Notes: generated by a model not told the origin, from the sequence alone. DNA of 64,000 nucleotides from Octopus vulgaris (GCA_951406725.2 OX597820.1:100936001-101000000); one strand, 5' to 3'; counted from the stretch's first letter, positions 11,936 through 24,863 are shown. A program made the numbers and translations.

Positions 11936-13004
11936 ACAAGTTTCATGTTTTAAAGAGATCTAAATCATAGCCTTCCATCAAACATCTATGTTGATTTATG
12001 TTCCAAACACAAATTTAATTGAGACACAGTTATTTTATTAAACCTTTTACTATTTTCGAAATGAATTGCAACAACAGTCATGTTTTTCAACAGAAATATT
12101 GTAAAAAAAAAAGGGTTGATTGATAAAAATTAACTTTTATAAGACAGAAAAATATACATTGCAAACATTTGCTCATTTTCTAAATAAGCCATAGTGTTAG
12201 ATAAATTTTACTTGAAGTTGGTATGCTTTTGTGAAATACATTTACAGGCCAAAGTAATACAATAAAAGTTCTAGTTTTGTTTCTATAACTTTGAGAATTC
12301 TTCGAACTGTTGACAGGAGTTTTATAAATCATTAGGAAGATGTCAATATTCGAAGAAGAGCTGATATTCCTTTCACAACCAATAATACTGGATGCACTCA
12401 AGAAGAGTTAGTCGTAAATAAGTGTTGTTATATATGAATAGACAAGAAAAACTATCGATATAATATTATTAAAAGCACACACACAAACTAAATGATAAGA
12501 AACACTGGCTATTTCAATCAATATTATAGAGTTATCAGAAAATATTTCATGACAACACAGGAATCTAACCAGTAATCAAAAGTGGTGAAGAACATTCATT
12601 GGCAGCAGAGAATTGAAGAAGAATAATGAATTCCTGCTAGACTACAATCTCCCTTGCTAAAAATAAAAATCAATGTTATTGATTTTATAAATCCCCATTT
12701 TGATAACCTTACTATAAATCTATGTGTTTCAAGATGGGTGGCTTTGTATTATACTATAAAAGTCCATAAAAATAGACAAACTGTTTCTATTTTATGTTGA
12801 GCAGTTTTGATGAACTATTATTTGGATCTGCTTTTAGAAGAATTCCCATTTATTTTGTCTTTAACATTTCCTCTACTGAAGCTGTAGGTACTGAATCCTA
12901 GAGATTTGACAGCCACAATCACCATCACTGAGTCAGGTTTTTCCAGAACAGCAAATAGCAAAAATACCTTCAATTTTCATTTTGCTTTATTTATCATTGT
13001 TTTA

Positions 13005-13005
13005 T

Positions 13006-13037
<32 letters not shown>

Positions 13038-13335
13038 TGCTTTGTCATTGTCATCGGTGGCTGCATCGACAGCAGCAATGGTATCATCATCATCATCATT
13101 GTTATTGTTTGTCACCATTACTTTTATAATTGTCATCATCATCACCATCATCATCATCGAATCAACATCATTATCATCATTGTCATTCCCCCTCTTCCTC
13201 TTCCCTATCATCATCATCATCATTATTGTTGTTCTAATCCTCATCTTCGTTATCATCATTGTCATAATCATCGTCGTTGTTGTTGTCATCATCGTTGTCA
13301 TCGTCATCGTCCTCCTCCTCCTCATCATCATCATT
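13005..13335. repeat. Degenerate (CAT)n low-complexity tract
   Basis: Read directly from the sequence. Confidence 0.9.
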
Positions 13336-13399
13336 TTAAATGTCTGTTTTCCATACCTGTATGGGTTGAGTAAGTCTTCTCCAGCACAGTGTCTTGCCA

Positions 13400-16300
13400 T
13401 TTCATTCCATATGATTCAGTTTCCTGAGATCAACTTTCACCACTTCTCATATTTTGACTGATCTCCATGGGTCCTTCAAACAATGGTCTTTCATACGCCC
13501 ATTCCAGTTCTTCTTCCTAGAATACATGTGATTTCTCTTATAAAGTTTGCCTCTCAGTTCATTTTGTGCTCCATGGTTCATGCACACTGACATTCAATAG
13601 AGCAGGGCTGTTTTATTTATTTCTTATTTCTTTATTGCCCACAAGGGGCTAAACATAGAGGGGACGAACAAGGAGAGACCAAAGGGATTAAGTCAATTAC
13701 ATCGAACCCAGTGCATAACTGGTACTTAATTTATCAACCCCAAAAGGATGAAAGGCAAAGTCAACCTCAGCGGAATTTGAACTCAGAACGTAACAGCAGA
13801 TGAAATACCGCTAAACATTTTGCCTGGGGTGCTAATGATGCTGCCAGCTTGCCACCTGTTTTATTTCTTTCTAGCTTTCACACACATCCTCTACATCAAG
13901 TTTTGCTACCATGCAACAGTGCCCTTCATACACAAGCACAAGAACATTTAATCTGTTCTTCCATCATAAAGAGAATCCCTTTATTACCATCAGAGGTAAT
14001 GTTTCCTTGAATATCCCCAGCGCATGTTCTTACTTTTGCTGCTATACTTTTGGAACACCTTAATCCACTGCTAAATTGATTGACTGAATAACAGAAGCTA
14101 TTGACTATTTCTATGGAATCCTCAGAGCATTTGATAGAATTTGCTTTATAGATGCTCTTACTGCTAATTACTTTAATTATTTCAGCACATCTACTCCATA
14201 GGAAATCCAATTTTTCTGTCAGCCTGCCTCCGATTCCAATGCATCTCTTGCACAATCATAGTTTATACAGTGTACAACATATAGTATTTATACCTATTCC
14301 ATTCTGCATATTGAGCATGGTTCTTTTCCAAATGGCAGTGCAATCCTATCTTTTTGTCCAGGCTGACTAAAACTTTGCCCTTTGCAACTTGACTTCTCAG
14401 CTCTAGGTTTTGTCTCATTTTGAATTTCTTCTCTAATTCTTCAACATATTCAGCTAAGTGCACTAAGACATCATGATACAGAAGTTCCTCTGAACAACTA
14501 ATATCAAGCTTTTACCACCTGAAGAGCAGTAATAAACTAAAGGGGCTGAGAACCAAGTCCTGGCAACCATTTAACTGCATGCTCAATTCCTCACTGAACT
14601 CACTTTGCTAATAGCAGAGCTCTTCATGGCTTGAACATCTCTCATTAGGCATTCACCTACACTTGATTTTTTCTTAGCAATTATCAAACTAATAGGGTAC
14701 CTGGTCAAAGCCTTCTCCACTTCAATGAATGCTGAATATACTGGCTTATTTTGCCTGTAGTTGTCTCATTAAGAAGAAGGCATTGGTGGTACCTCATTCT
14801 AATTCAATCTGTTTCTCATCTAAGCTAATTTTTATCTGAATTAGTTGTGCTATAACTCTGTTACTTACATACAATCAGTTCATCATCAATTTGGTGCCTC
14901 TAAAGCATCTCCTTGTGCCATTGTAGCAATCAATGGTTATGTTATATAAGTTACTTGAAATGACTCCTTCCTGTATTACGTCATTATTATGTATCCTGCT
15001 TCACCAGATATTTTCAGCACCCCCAGTGACTATTCTTTAGGCCCTAGCTGTTTTCCTTGCCTTTTTATCCTTAATGGCCTTCTGACCAGACAACTTTAAT
15101 TTTCAACATCTGGTCTCCACTGTGAGGCCTAGATATGATTGTCCTTGTCTTTCACAAGTATTCTTCTCCTTCAGCATTTCCTTGGCACAGCATTTCCACT
15201 CTCTTTCTTCTTTCAGAATGAGTGTGTCACTATCATTTCATACACACTTTCACCAATGACATTCTGATTCAAACCAACACACTGTTTTGCAGTATGGAAC
15301 ATTCCATGCCCCTGATCCTCATGTAACAGAACATAGAAAAGCCTTTTACTTTTTGTTTTTATCCTTGTTAAGAATACATAATGTCTTGCTCCCTCTTATT
15401 TCCATTCTTTCCAGGCCTCTCAGTTTTCATTTCCCTATTTGCCCTACAATTCTATCACCATGTTACTTTCTACTTACCTGCAATCTTTCTCAAGCCAAAA
15501 ATCTTATCAATGGCATGCAGCTGGTTACCTCACAAAAGCTCTCACTTATCTTTTATAAATTATAGGCCTATCTCCTCTTCCTTCTCAACATACACATCTA
15601 CCAGCAATATGATTCGTCTTTTATGCCTTCCTTCTCTTAATGCAGCACAGAATTTTGTCAGTGAACAGGTCGTGGTCTCAAAGCGATGAAAATATTTAGA
15701 CAAATTAAATTTAAAGTGAATCTAACGGATTATGTGTGTTTCTTAAATGGCTTATAAACAGCTTCCATGCTGCAATCGTTTTCGTTCCAGCACACAATCT
15801 CAGATCAGGTCATTTGCTATGCAAGTACATCTCCGTAACTTCTCTTAATTGTTTTGTGTCTAACTCTTACTCTGACATCACTAGTCTTTATTGAATGGAA
15901 CATTCTTCACTAGAGAAATACGTAGTATTCACAACCCTCTATATATCCTCTATATATGCAAGTCAAATCGGCTTCCGATTTGACTTGCATGCTCATCTGC
16001 ATAGTAGAAGATTAAGTAACAGACTGGTTATCTGAGGTTAGTGTTTCAAATGGTTAGTCATTTGCATTGTAGAAATCCAATTACCTTGCATTCTTTTAAT
16101 TCTGTGTACCATGATTTACATTTCTTGTACAATGGAAATATCCATCATAACATTACCCAATATTTCCATTAAAGATACAAGCTATGTATGATATTTAAAT
16201 GGTTTCCATCTGTTATGAAGATAGTCTGCAAGAGGGCCTCATAGAAACGGTCATTTTGTTCCTCATTCAGTCCTTATTGTGGTGCATATGCAAAGATGCT

Positions 16301-16440
16301 TGCAGTTATGTTGCCCATGACAAGTTTAAGCTTAATTATTCTGCTTCATACTCTGATTACCTCAATTACTCTATTTATTTATCTGTCAATAATATGTCTA
16401 CTAAACCAATTCCAACTCTGTTACCAATCCAGAAAAATTT
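13400..16440 (-). mobile_element. Heavily decayed RTE-clade LINE (APE endonuclease, RT with Cys-rich PHD-like insert)
   Basis: Minus remnants AYAPQ*GLNEEQNDRFY and HASQI (APE); LEKKFK..LE; CKRCIGIGGRL..DFLWSRC..IEIVNSFCY..CSKSIAAKVR (RT C-terminus). Confidence 0.75.
13618..13856 (-). mobile_element. SINE family C nested in the RTE
   Basis: Full copy with TSD-like CTGTTTTATTT on both sides. Confidence 0.9.
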
Positions 16441-16447
16441 GAACCTT

Positions 16448-16682
16448 TAGTGAGGCCGGTGCCAGTACCGCCTGACTGGCCGTCGTGCCAGTGGCACGTA
16501 AAAAGTACCCACTACACTCTTGGGGTGGTTGGTGTTAGGAAGGGCATCCAGCTGTAGAAACATTGCTAGATCGGATTGGAGCCTGGTGCAGCCTTTTATG
16601 GCTCGCCAGCCCTCAGTCAAACTGTCCAACTCATGCCAGCATGGAAAGAAGACGTTAAACGATGATGATAATGATGATGATG
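16448..16682 (+). mobile_element. RTE 3'UTR fragment (family D) with (GAT)n tail
   Basis: GGTGTTAGGAAGGGCATCCAGCTGTAGAAAC motif, homologous to 37110-37826. Confidence 0.85.
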
Positions 16683-17015
16683 TTCCTTGTCTGAAAGAAG
16701 TTGATCTGAAGCTGTGGAGTAAACACTATACTTAGAAGAAAACCATAGGGTACTCACACTTAGGAATTCTTTGATCACAAGGTCTGATCAATCAAAGTGC
16801 AGTTGGGGCTAAACAATAACACGTATAAGAAATAGACTGGGCAATGAAGAGAATACATGCATCAACTGTAATACCGCACATCATATAATTCAGCACAGAA
16901 TCTCTCTGTCTGTATATCTGTCTGTATGTCTATCTATCTAGCTAGCTAGCTATTTGTCAATCCATCCATCCATCCATCCATCTAGCCAGCCAGCCAGTCA
17001 GCCATCCATCCAGAT

Positions 17016-17233
17016 CAGTGTTTCTCAACCATTTGTTACCTATGGACTCCTCTGATTCCTATTTTACTCTTCTGGACTTCCATAGTCATTTGATGTATAT
17101 AAAATTAATTAAATATTGTAAGGAATTGTATAAGAAAAAAGTTGCTAAAATATTTTGTGTATTGTAGAAGTATACCTAATTTATTGCTCATAAACTTTAG
17201 CAGCAAAATGTTATATGGATCCCAGTTGAGACA
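17016..17233 (+). mobile_element. hAT (Charlie-like) MITE
   Basis: Begins CAGTGTTTCTCAACC and ends ..AGTTGAGACAG. A related partial copy lies on minus at ~48810-48937. Confidence 0.65.
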
Positions 17234-17264
17234 GATGGATGGATGGATGGATGGATGGATGGAG

Positions 17265-17346
<82 letters not shown>

Positions 17347-17416
17347 TTGAATGGATGGATGCCTAGCTGGCTGGATGGCTGTATGGATGGATGGATGGAT
17401 GGATGGTTGGATGGAG

Positions 17417-17506
<90 letters not shown>

Positions 17507-17536
17507 GCAGACAGACAGACAGATAATAGATAGACT

Positions 17537-17599
<63 letters not shown>

Positions 17600-17621
17600 T
17601 GATAAACAGACAGATGATAGA

Positions 17622-17657
<36 letters not shown>

Positions 17658-17709
17658 TGATAGATAGATAGATAGATAGATAGACAGACAGGCAGACAGA
17701 CAGACAGAT

Positions 17710-17751
<42 letters not shown>

Positions 17752-17780
17752 TGATAGATAGATAGATAGATAGATAGAAT
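17234..17780. repeat. Long (GATA)n/(GACA)n/(GGAT)n microsatellite
   Basis: Read directly from the sequence. Confidence 0.97.
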
Positions 17781-17811
17781 TGAATTGAATGAAGTGATTT
17801 CAATTCAAATT

Positions 17812-18039
17812 CAACCCGTTAGCATTTAGATTACTTTGTCAAAAGTGATATTTATTTATTCACATTTTTAAAAAGTTAATCATGTATATTATCTTGTACC
17901 TTCAAGATTTTGAGGACGTGACTTGATTTTTAGATTAATATTGAGGGTAGGTATGAGAGGCTGAATATGTCCAGGTTCAACATAAAACACGTAGAATATT
18001 TGGGCCCAGATATGGCCAGTTTATATGCTAAAGGGTTAA
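17812..18039 (+). mobile_element. TTAA-flanked (piggyBac-like) MITE
   Basis: Ends CCCGTTAGCAT / ATGCTAAAGGG|TTAA. A second copy lies at ~26168-26395. Confidence 0.7.
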
Positions 18040-18489
18040 ATTGCATCCAGCCATAGAAAACATGCAGTATTACAGTTGACACGTGTAAACTGACATAGAT
18101 TTACAGCGCTCAAACTGGCCAACTCTTGTCAGCATGGAGAACAGATGTTAAAAGATGATAATGAAGTTGATGGTGATGATGTAATTTCAATTGCATGACC
18201 ATATAACGAGTATATGTATTTAAAATACACACTGAATGAAAAAAAACTATATAAAGGGAACTCCATGTACTTTAGTCCAAATTTCTTTTTGTTGGTCTCT
18301 ATAGTTACAAAGAGCTCAGAATGCAACATAGGAAAGGCAAGTTTGATATATTCGCTCATAATTTATTCATAAACCACTCCAGTTTTGTTTGTATATATGT
18401 GTTTGTTTTGTGTGCTTGTGTGCATATGAGTGTGCATGCGTATGTGTGAGCATGTATGTATGCATGTTTATATATATATATATATATAT

Positions 18490-18859
18490 AATACAGTATA
18501 CATTAAAACACATTAAGAGGCTGACATCATAGGAATCCATTATGCTAGAAAGAACAGTTAAATTCCAAACCACCAAATAGGAATAAATTCTCGAAGGGTA
18601 TGAAAAATAAAAACATTTACCATCTAATTTAATTCCCGGACCATGGTTTCTGACTTATTTTAGTAAATAATAATTTTTATTTACTAAAATAAGTCAGAAA
18701 CCATGGTCCGGGAATTAAATTAGATGGTAAATGTTTTTATTTTTCATACCCTTCGAGAGAATTTATTCCTATTTGGTGGTTTGGAATTTAACTGTTCTTT
18801 CTAGCGTAATGGATTCCTATGATGTCAGCCTCTTAATGTGTTTTAATGTATACTGTATT
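18490..18859. repeat. Near-perfect 370-bp palindrome (Penelope-like inverted pseudo-LTR) among (TA)n arrays
   Basis: Arms 18490-18670 and 18677-18859 with a 6-nt loop. One substitution and one 2-nt indel were seen. Confidence 0.95.
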
Positions 18860-18953
18860 TTATATGAATAATATATAATCTATTGACTAATTTTTTTTTG
18901 TACACTAGACCACGGGTAGTAAAAATTTCTATAATTTTTATTATGTATATATG

Positions 18954-19015
<62 letters not shown>

Positions 19016-19293
19016 TCATATATATCATATATATATATATTCCTGTCATAACCTGGGACCTTGAAGACTACTTAAATGCAAGAAAGTATACTAGTCCCTT
19101 AATATTTGATATTCAATATTTCATCTATTCAATAAGACAATCAATACTTCATTTCATTTTACTATATATACTATTTATACTATATATTCTATATTCTACA
19201 TTAATATTATAAAGAATATAAATAAAACATAAAAAACAGGGTTGGAATTCCTTTGAATAATATATATCCCTCAATACACAATCATACAAACCT

Positions 19294-19346
<53 letters not shown>

Positions 19347-19360
19347 CATATGTGCATATA

Positions 19361-19722
19361 TGGGTACAGGATGTCACCAACAGTAAACAACATCAAATAC
19401 AAAAATAAAGGAGTTAAATACACAAATAACAAGAGGAAAAAAAGGACAAGTAATACAAAGAGTGACCCTTCATCAGTTGTTGGCTGTCTATCTACTCCCC
19501 ATTTCGAGCAATCAACAACAATATGAGTCTTCGAAAAGACAGTTGCTTCCATGAATACCAAATAAAATTTTGGATTTATGGTTAACTGATGAAGGACCAA
19601 TCTTTGTATTACTTGTCCTTTTACATTTTACATTGTATTACTTTTCCTCTCGCTATTTGCATATTTGACTTATTTGTTTTCGTATTTCATGTTGTTTACT
19701 GTTGGTAACGTCCTGTACTCAT
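19361..19722. repeat. Inverted-repeat element (arms ~120-140 bp, ~105-bp spacer) between (TA)n arrays; Penelope-like
   Basis: Arms 19361-19478 and 19584-19722. The inner end of each arm reads AACTGATGAAGG. Confidence 0.85.
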
Positions 19723-19729
19723 ATATGCA

Positions 19730-19770
<41 letters not shown>

Positions 19771-19813
19771 GTATGTAATATATATATATATCTACTATGC
19801 ATATATATATGTA

Positions 19814-21733
19814 CTAGCAGAATTGCTCGGCGATGCTCGTGGCTGAATTGCTTGAAAGTACTGTTAATGATTGCACTGAATTATGATGATTATTCAGGCA
19901 AATATTGATATAAGTTTACGGTGGGAGATAAGGACTTAACGATCAAACATGTGCCATTGCATTGTTTTGGGGGAACCAAATTTCTAATTAGCATTATAGG
20001 GGCACCAACTTTAAGTTTGAGAATGTGTGGATGTAGTCCGGGGTGCTCAAAGGAATTGAGTACCTCTATTGGATAGTTGATGACGTCTTCTGGGTCAGGA
20101 GTTGTATCGATAGACTTATATACATAGATTTCCCCAGGAATGAGTTTTAGCATCTCATCATTAATATGGTGAACAGTTTTATTCCTCGGGGCCAGAATAG
20201 CCCTTTGACCAATCCAATCCATATTCTGATAATTAGCTTGTAGATCTGGGAACACTGCATCTCTGAGATCAGAAGGCGTTTTAACAATGGTACAAATGGA
20301 ATCGATGGCAATATTACCATTTTCATCCCCTGGTATTTTGCCTTCGCCAAGTGCAAGGAGGGTGTGAGAAAATGCTGCTGACGTGATATTACGTCGCATA
20401 TGAGCACGCATATTGGTGTGAAGTTTGAGAGTCTTCACCAGCAGCCACAATGTGGATGACTTAAGACACACACTTACTGCATCAGCTCTAGTCTCTTTGG
20501 GAATAATGGGAAGTGTTTGTCGGAAGTCCCATGAAAGAAGAAGTGTTATGCCTCCCATGGGAGCTGAAGAGTGTTTGATGTCCCTGAGAGATCAATCTAG
20601 TGCCTCAAGAGCACGTCTGTGGGCCATCGTGCATTCATCCCAAACGATAAGCTTGCATCGTCTGAAGACTTCTGCCTGATCGAAGCTGTTACTGATGTTG
20701 CAAGTTGGTGTCTCAGTCTTCGCTAAGTGAAGTGGAAGCTTGAAAGTGGAGTGAACTGTCCTGCCGCCTGGCAACAAAGTAGCCGCAATTCCAGATGATG
20801 CCACAGCTAGGGCAATGCCTTGTGTTCGCCTAATCTCAGCCAATATTAATTTGTTGACAAAAGTTTTCCCAGTGCCCCCAGGAGCGTCCAGGAAAAAAAA
20901 TCCTCCCAAAGGCATTTTAACAAAAATGCTTCCGTAAAGACGGTGAAAATATTGTCAATTTCCCCAAACAGGGACACAATTCAATTTTGAAACAATAACC
21001 AAAGCCCCTTCTCCGAAAGGGGGAGGGTTACGCTTTACAATTATTTAACAAATGCAACACAACAATGTTTCCCTGGCGAGGAACCAACAAACGTGATTAC
21101 AATAGTCAAACAGTAATAATAACAACAAACCCTTTTAATTTATCCCCATTTATGTGAAACCACTTATTCAAGTTCAAGTCATTGATGCAATTTTATACGA
21201 ATTGCTAATACACACACACATAATAAGGGTGAAAAATTGAATATTAATTTGATTAATATGAATTGAAAACCAGTGGTGTAGCATATAAGACCATAGCTGA
21301 TCTTCCTCTAGCAAAAAGGATGACCTCTATTAATGACTCATCCACACATGCACACACACACACACACACACTCACACATACACACACACATGCACACACA
21401 CACACACATACACACCTTAGCTTACAATTTTCTTTCAACAATTGACACTGTCATATATGTATAGGTTTGCGTGTCTATGTGTGTAAAGAGGAAGTGGGAG
21501 TAATAGGCGGAGTAAAGCCTTTGAAGTGAGAGAGGGAAATCGTAAAATATTGAGTTTTCTCGAAATTTTGCTTAATTGGGGTCAAATAGAAAAAACTTTA
21601 CATGCCATGACCCAATCGAATCTACTTGTAAAAATCGTAGGTAAATTCCAATTGAAGAAATTCTATATTGTACAATTGTATAAAAAACGAACGGTTTGGG
21701 AGGCAGAGAAAATCTGCCATTTATCATAAGAGA
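19814..21733 (-). mobile_element. Internally deleted Helitron with both termini
   Basis: 5' A|TCTCTTATGATAAA at 21733 and 3' GAGCATCGCCGAGCAATTCTGCTAG|T at 19814, no TSD, internal PIF1 helicase. Confidence 0.9.
19890..20915 (-). pseudogene. Helitron PIF1-family helicase fragment (one in-frame stop, truncated at both ends)
   Basis: FFLDAPGGTGKTF, AVASSGIAATLLPGGRTVHSTFKLP, IVWDECTM, DFRQTLP, LHTNMR, RAILAPRN, LKLKVGAPIMLIRNL..CNGT. Confidence 0.95.
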
Positions 21734-21876
21734 TATATGTGTGTGTATATATATATGTATGTATATGTGTGTGCATATATATATATTTACGCATACATAA
21801 ATATATACATACTTATATATATATGTATGTATACATGTATATAATATATTTTATAATAAGAGATATATCTACTGTG

Positions 21877-21919
<43 letters not shown>

Positions 21920-21990
21920 ACATATGTATGTATGTGTGTGTATATATATATATGTGTGATATATATATATATGTGTGTGTACATATGTAC

Positions 21991-22024
<34 letters not shown>

Positions 22025-22026
<2 letters not shown>

Positions 22027-22320
22027 CACGTGATCACGTGACCGACCAGTCCATCAGATGTAGTTACACATCGCTGGTCACAATGCATTTGCATTGTTTT
22101 AGCCTTCAAATGACGCCACCCCGCTGGCTAAGCGAGCTGGCCAACAGAAGAAAGAGTTGGAGAAAGAGTGGTGAAAGAGGACAGCAGGGATCACCACCCC
22201 CTGCTGGAACCTCGTGGAGCTTTTAGGTGTTTTCGCTCAATAAACACACACAACGCCCGGTCTGGGAATCGAAACTGCGATCCTATGACCACGAGTCCGC
22301 TGCCCTAACCACTGGGCCAT
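22025..22320 (-). mobile_element. SINE family B, alternative-tail variant, in (TA)n
   Basis: Head and body as in 9094-9478, but the tail ends CTGGTCGGTCACGTGATCACGTGA(TA)n. Confidence 0.9.
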
Positions 22321-22914
22321 ATATATATATTTACACATACATAAATATATACATATATACATACATACGTACATACATATATATATATACATAGTTAGAT
22401 AGATAGATAGATAGATTGACAGACAGGTAATAGATACATAAATAGATATAGATACAGATACACACACACACATACCCACACAGAAACACACACTTGCTCC
22501 CATGTCTCACATACACACATATGTACATATACATATATGGGCATACCTTAACTTAAATCATTTCAAGTTTGGCCTTTTTTGATTTTTCATTGCTTTTTTT
22601 TTAAAAAAAAAAGAAATTAATGGAAAAAATAAACCTCTACATCAATCAAATTATCCAGCTTTACATCGGTTTCAGCAAACGTATTTTAAAAGCATGATTA
22701 AAAATTAAACACCTAAAAACCAATACTGAAGTGGAAAATCAAATAAAATACTTAGGAAAACATGCGCAAGCCATTTATTAAAACAGGTATAAGCTAATAA
22801 AGGTTTTAAAATATTTTTTCATGTTACATTGTTTTTCAAGTTAAGTTGCATATCTTGAAACCAATTACCAACATAAATTGATTGAGGTATGCATATATAT
22901 ATATATGTATGTAC

Positions 22915-23024
<110 letters not shown>

Positions 23025-23025
23025 A

Positions 23026-23187
23026 AGCACAAGTATGGCTGTGTGGTAGGAAACTTGCTTCCCAACCACATGGTTCTGGGTTCAGTCCCACTGCATAGCA
23101 CCTTGGGCAAGTGTCCTTCTAATATAGCCTTGGCTGACAAAAGCCTTGTTAGTGGATTTGGTGGAAGGAAACTGAAAGAAGGCTGTC

Positions 23188-23226
<39 letters not shown>

Positions 23227-23438
23227 CATGCGCGTATGCGTATGTAGTTGTGTATTTGTTTGTCCCCCCACCACCTTCGCTTGACAACTATTGTTGGTGT
23301 TTACACCCCCGTAACTTAGCAGTTCAGCAAAAGAGACCAATAAAATAAGTACTAGACTTACAAAGAATAAGTCTTGGGGTCAATTTCTTCAACCCTTTAA
23401 GATGGTGCTTTAGCATGGCTGAAACAAATAAAAGAATA
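23026..23438 (+). mobile_element. SINE family A (tRNA head, internal microsatellite)
   Basis: TGGCTGTGTGG A-box, GGTTCAGTCCC B-box and CCTTGGGCAAG. Confidence 0.9.
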
Positions 23439-23638
23439 TATATATATAGGCCAAGGGTGTCGAAAGGCCTGGCTGGACTCCCAACCTTGCGAGTTCTTTT
23501 ACAGGGCTTTAGAAAAACTTAAGGACCACTGCAATAAGTGTGTGAATCTGAGAGCAGAATATGTTGAATAAAATCATAATTAACCGATCCTCCTGTATTT
23601 TCTTTTACCCAAAGCCAGGAATGTATGTTTCAGCACCC

Positions 23639-23685
<47 letters not shown>

Positions 23686-23699
23686 CTATATATAGTACA

Positions 23700-24332
23700 T
23701 ATTTCTTCAAACTTGGCACGACTCTACAACACTGTCTCTCTCCCCCCTCTCCTACATTTCTCTGCCTTTCACACTTTGCACTCCACTTTGATCTGTCTCT
23801 CTCTCTCTCTTCTCCTCCTCCTTTGTTCCTTGTTCCCCTTTTTTCTCATCTGTCCCTCTTTTCCTCTCTCTTCTCCTCATACGTGACTGACTGACCGATT
23901 GCCGGCCTTTCGTGCTCAGCAGTCGTTGCGGCAAGACACATTTTTTTCTCTCTCTGCCCTAAGGCATTTTTCTAACACGCCAGCTCAAAGTTCACTCGTC
24001 CTGTCAAAAGACGCCTGTCTGTGACATCCTGTTTTTGTTATTATTATTATCATTATTGTTTTCACGTATTTTCGTATTCTTATTCATGTAACATCGTCCA
24101 TTTTCCCGTCCTTGTTTTGTATATATTCGAGGCTTTCTTCCAAGGAATCTAATGCGCTTGGCTTAGATTTTCCAGATTTTTCAGATTGGAGCAATCTCAA
24201 GATTAATCAGCCAAAATTGTGAGGATGATCCGGTTCTTGACTGAAGATTGAAGGCTTTGAATGTCCTGTCCGTGTTTTTTGTATCGTCTTCTAAATGTTT
24301 TGCGTTCTTGTCCCAGTTTGTATTTTTTTACA
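23700..24332 (+). mobile_element. Possible Penelope-like 3' fragment between (TA)n arrays
   Basis: FFKLGT-like ORF end, CT-rich tract, CTGAAGA at 24241 and a T-rich end into (TA)n. Confidence 0.35.
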
Positions 24333-24444
24333 TATATATATATAGCGGCGCCCGTTCCCTTTTGGTCTTATATATATATATATATACATGCATAGTTAAT
24401 CATAAATCTGAAATGGATACACATACACACATGAACATATACAT

Positions 24445-24863
24445 TATCATCATTATCATAATCATTTAATGTCAGTTTTCCATGCTGACATGAGTTAGGT
24501 AGATTGACAAGAAGCTGGCAAGCTGGAGAGTTGCACCAGACTCCAATTGTCTGTTTTGGCATGGTTTCTATTACTGGGTACTCTTCCAAAAGTCAAGCAC
24601 TTTTTACAGAATCTACTGGTTACTTTTTACACGAGTGCTTTTTACATGGTACCAGTATGGAGGGGCTTTATATGTAGAACCTGCATGGGTGCTTTTTATG
24701 TGGTAGCAGCATGGGTGCTTTCTATGTGGTGCCACCATGGATATCTTTTACATAGTGTTAACATGGGCATTTTTCATGTGGAGCCTCAGTAGATGCTTTT
24801 TATGTGGCACCAGCATAGGTGCTTTGCACAATGGCTCCAGCACAGGTTTTTTTATGTGGCACC
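24445..24863 (-). mobile_element. Diverged RTE 3'UTR fragment (family D) with degenerate ~29-bp tandem units
   Basis: (CAT)n tail and repeated GTGCTTTTTA(C/T)GTGG(C/T)ACCA units. Confidence 0.7.

Noticed and set aside
17363-17803. YLSI-repeat ORF, and the HTYI/YI/CV ORFs elsewhere
   Set aside because: They are (GATA)n, (TATG)n, (TA)n and (TG)n artefacts.
19890-20915. Cellular PIF1 gene
   Set aside because: It is intronless, truncated, has an internal stop and is bounded by Helitron termini.
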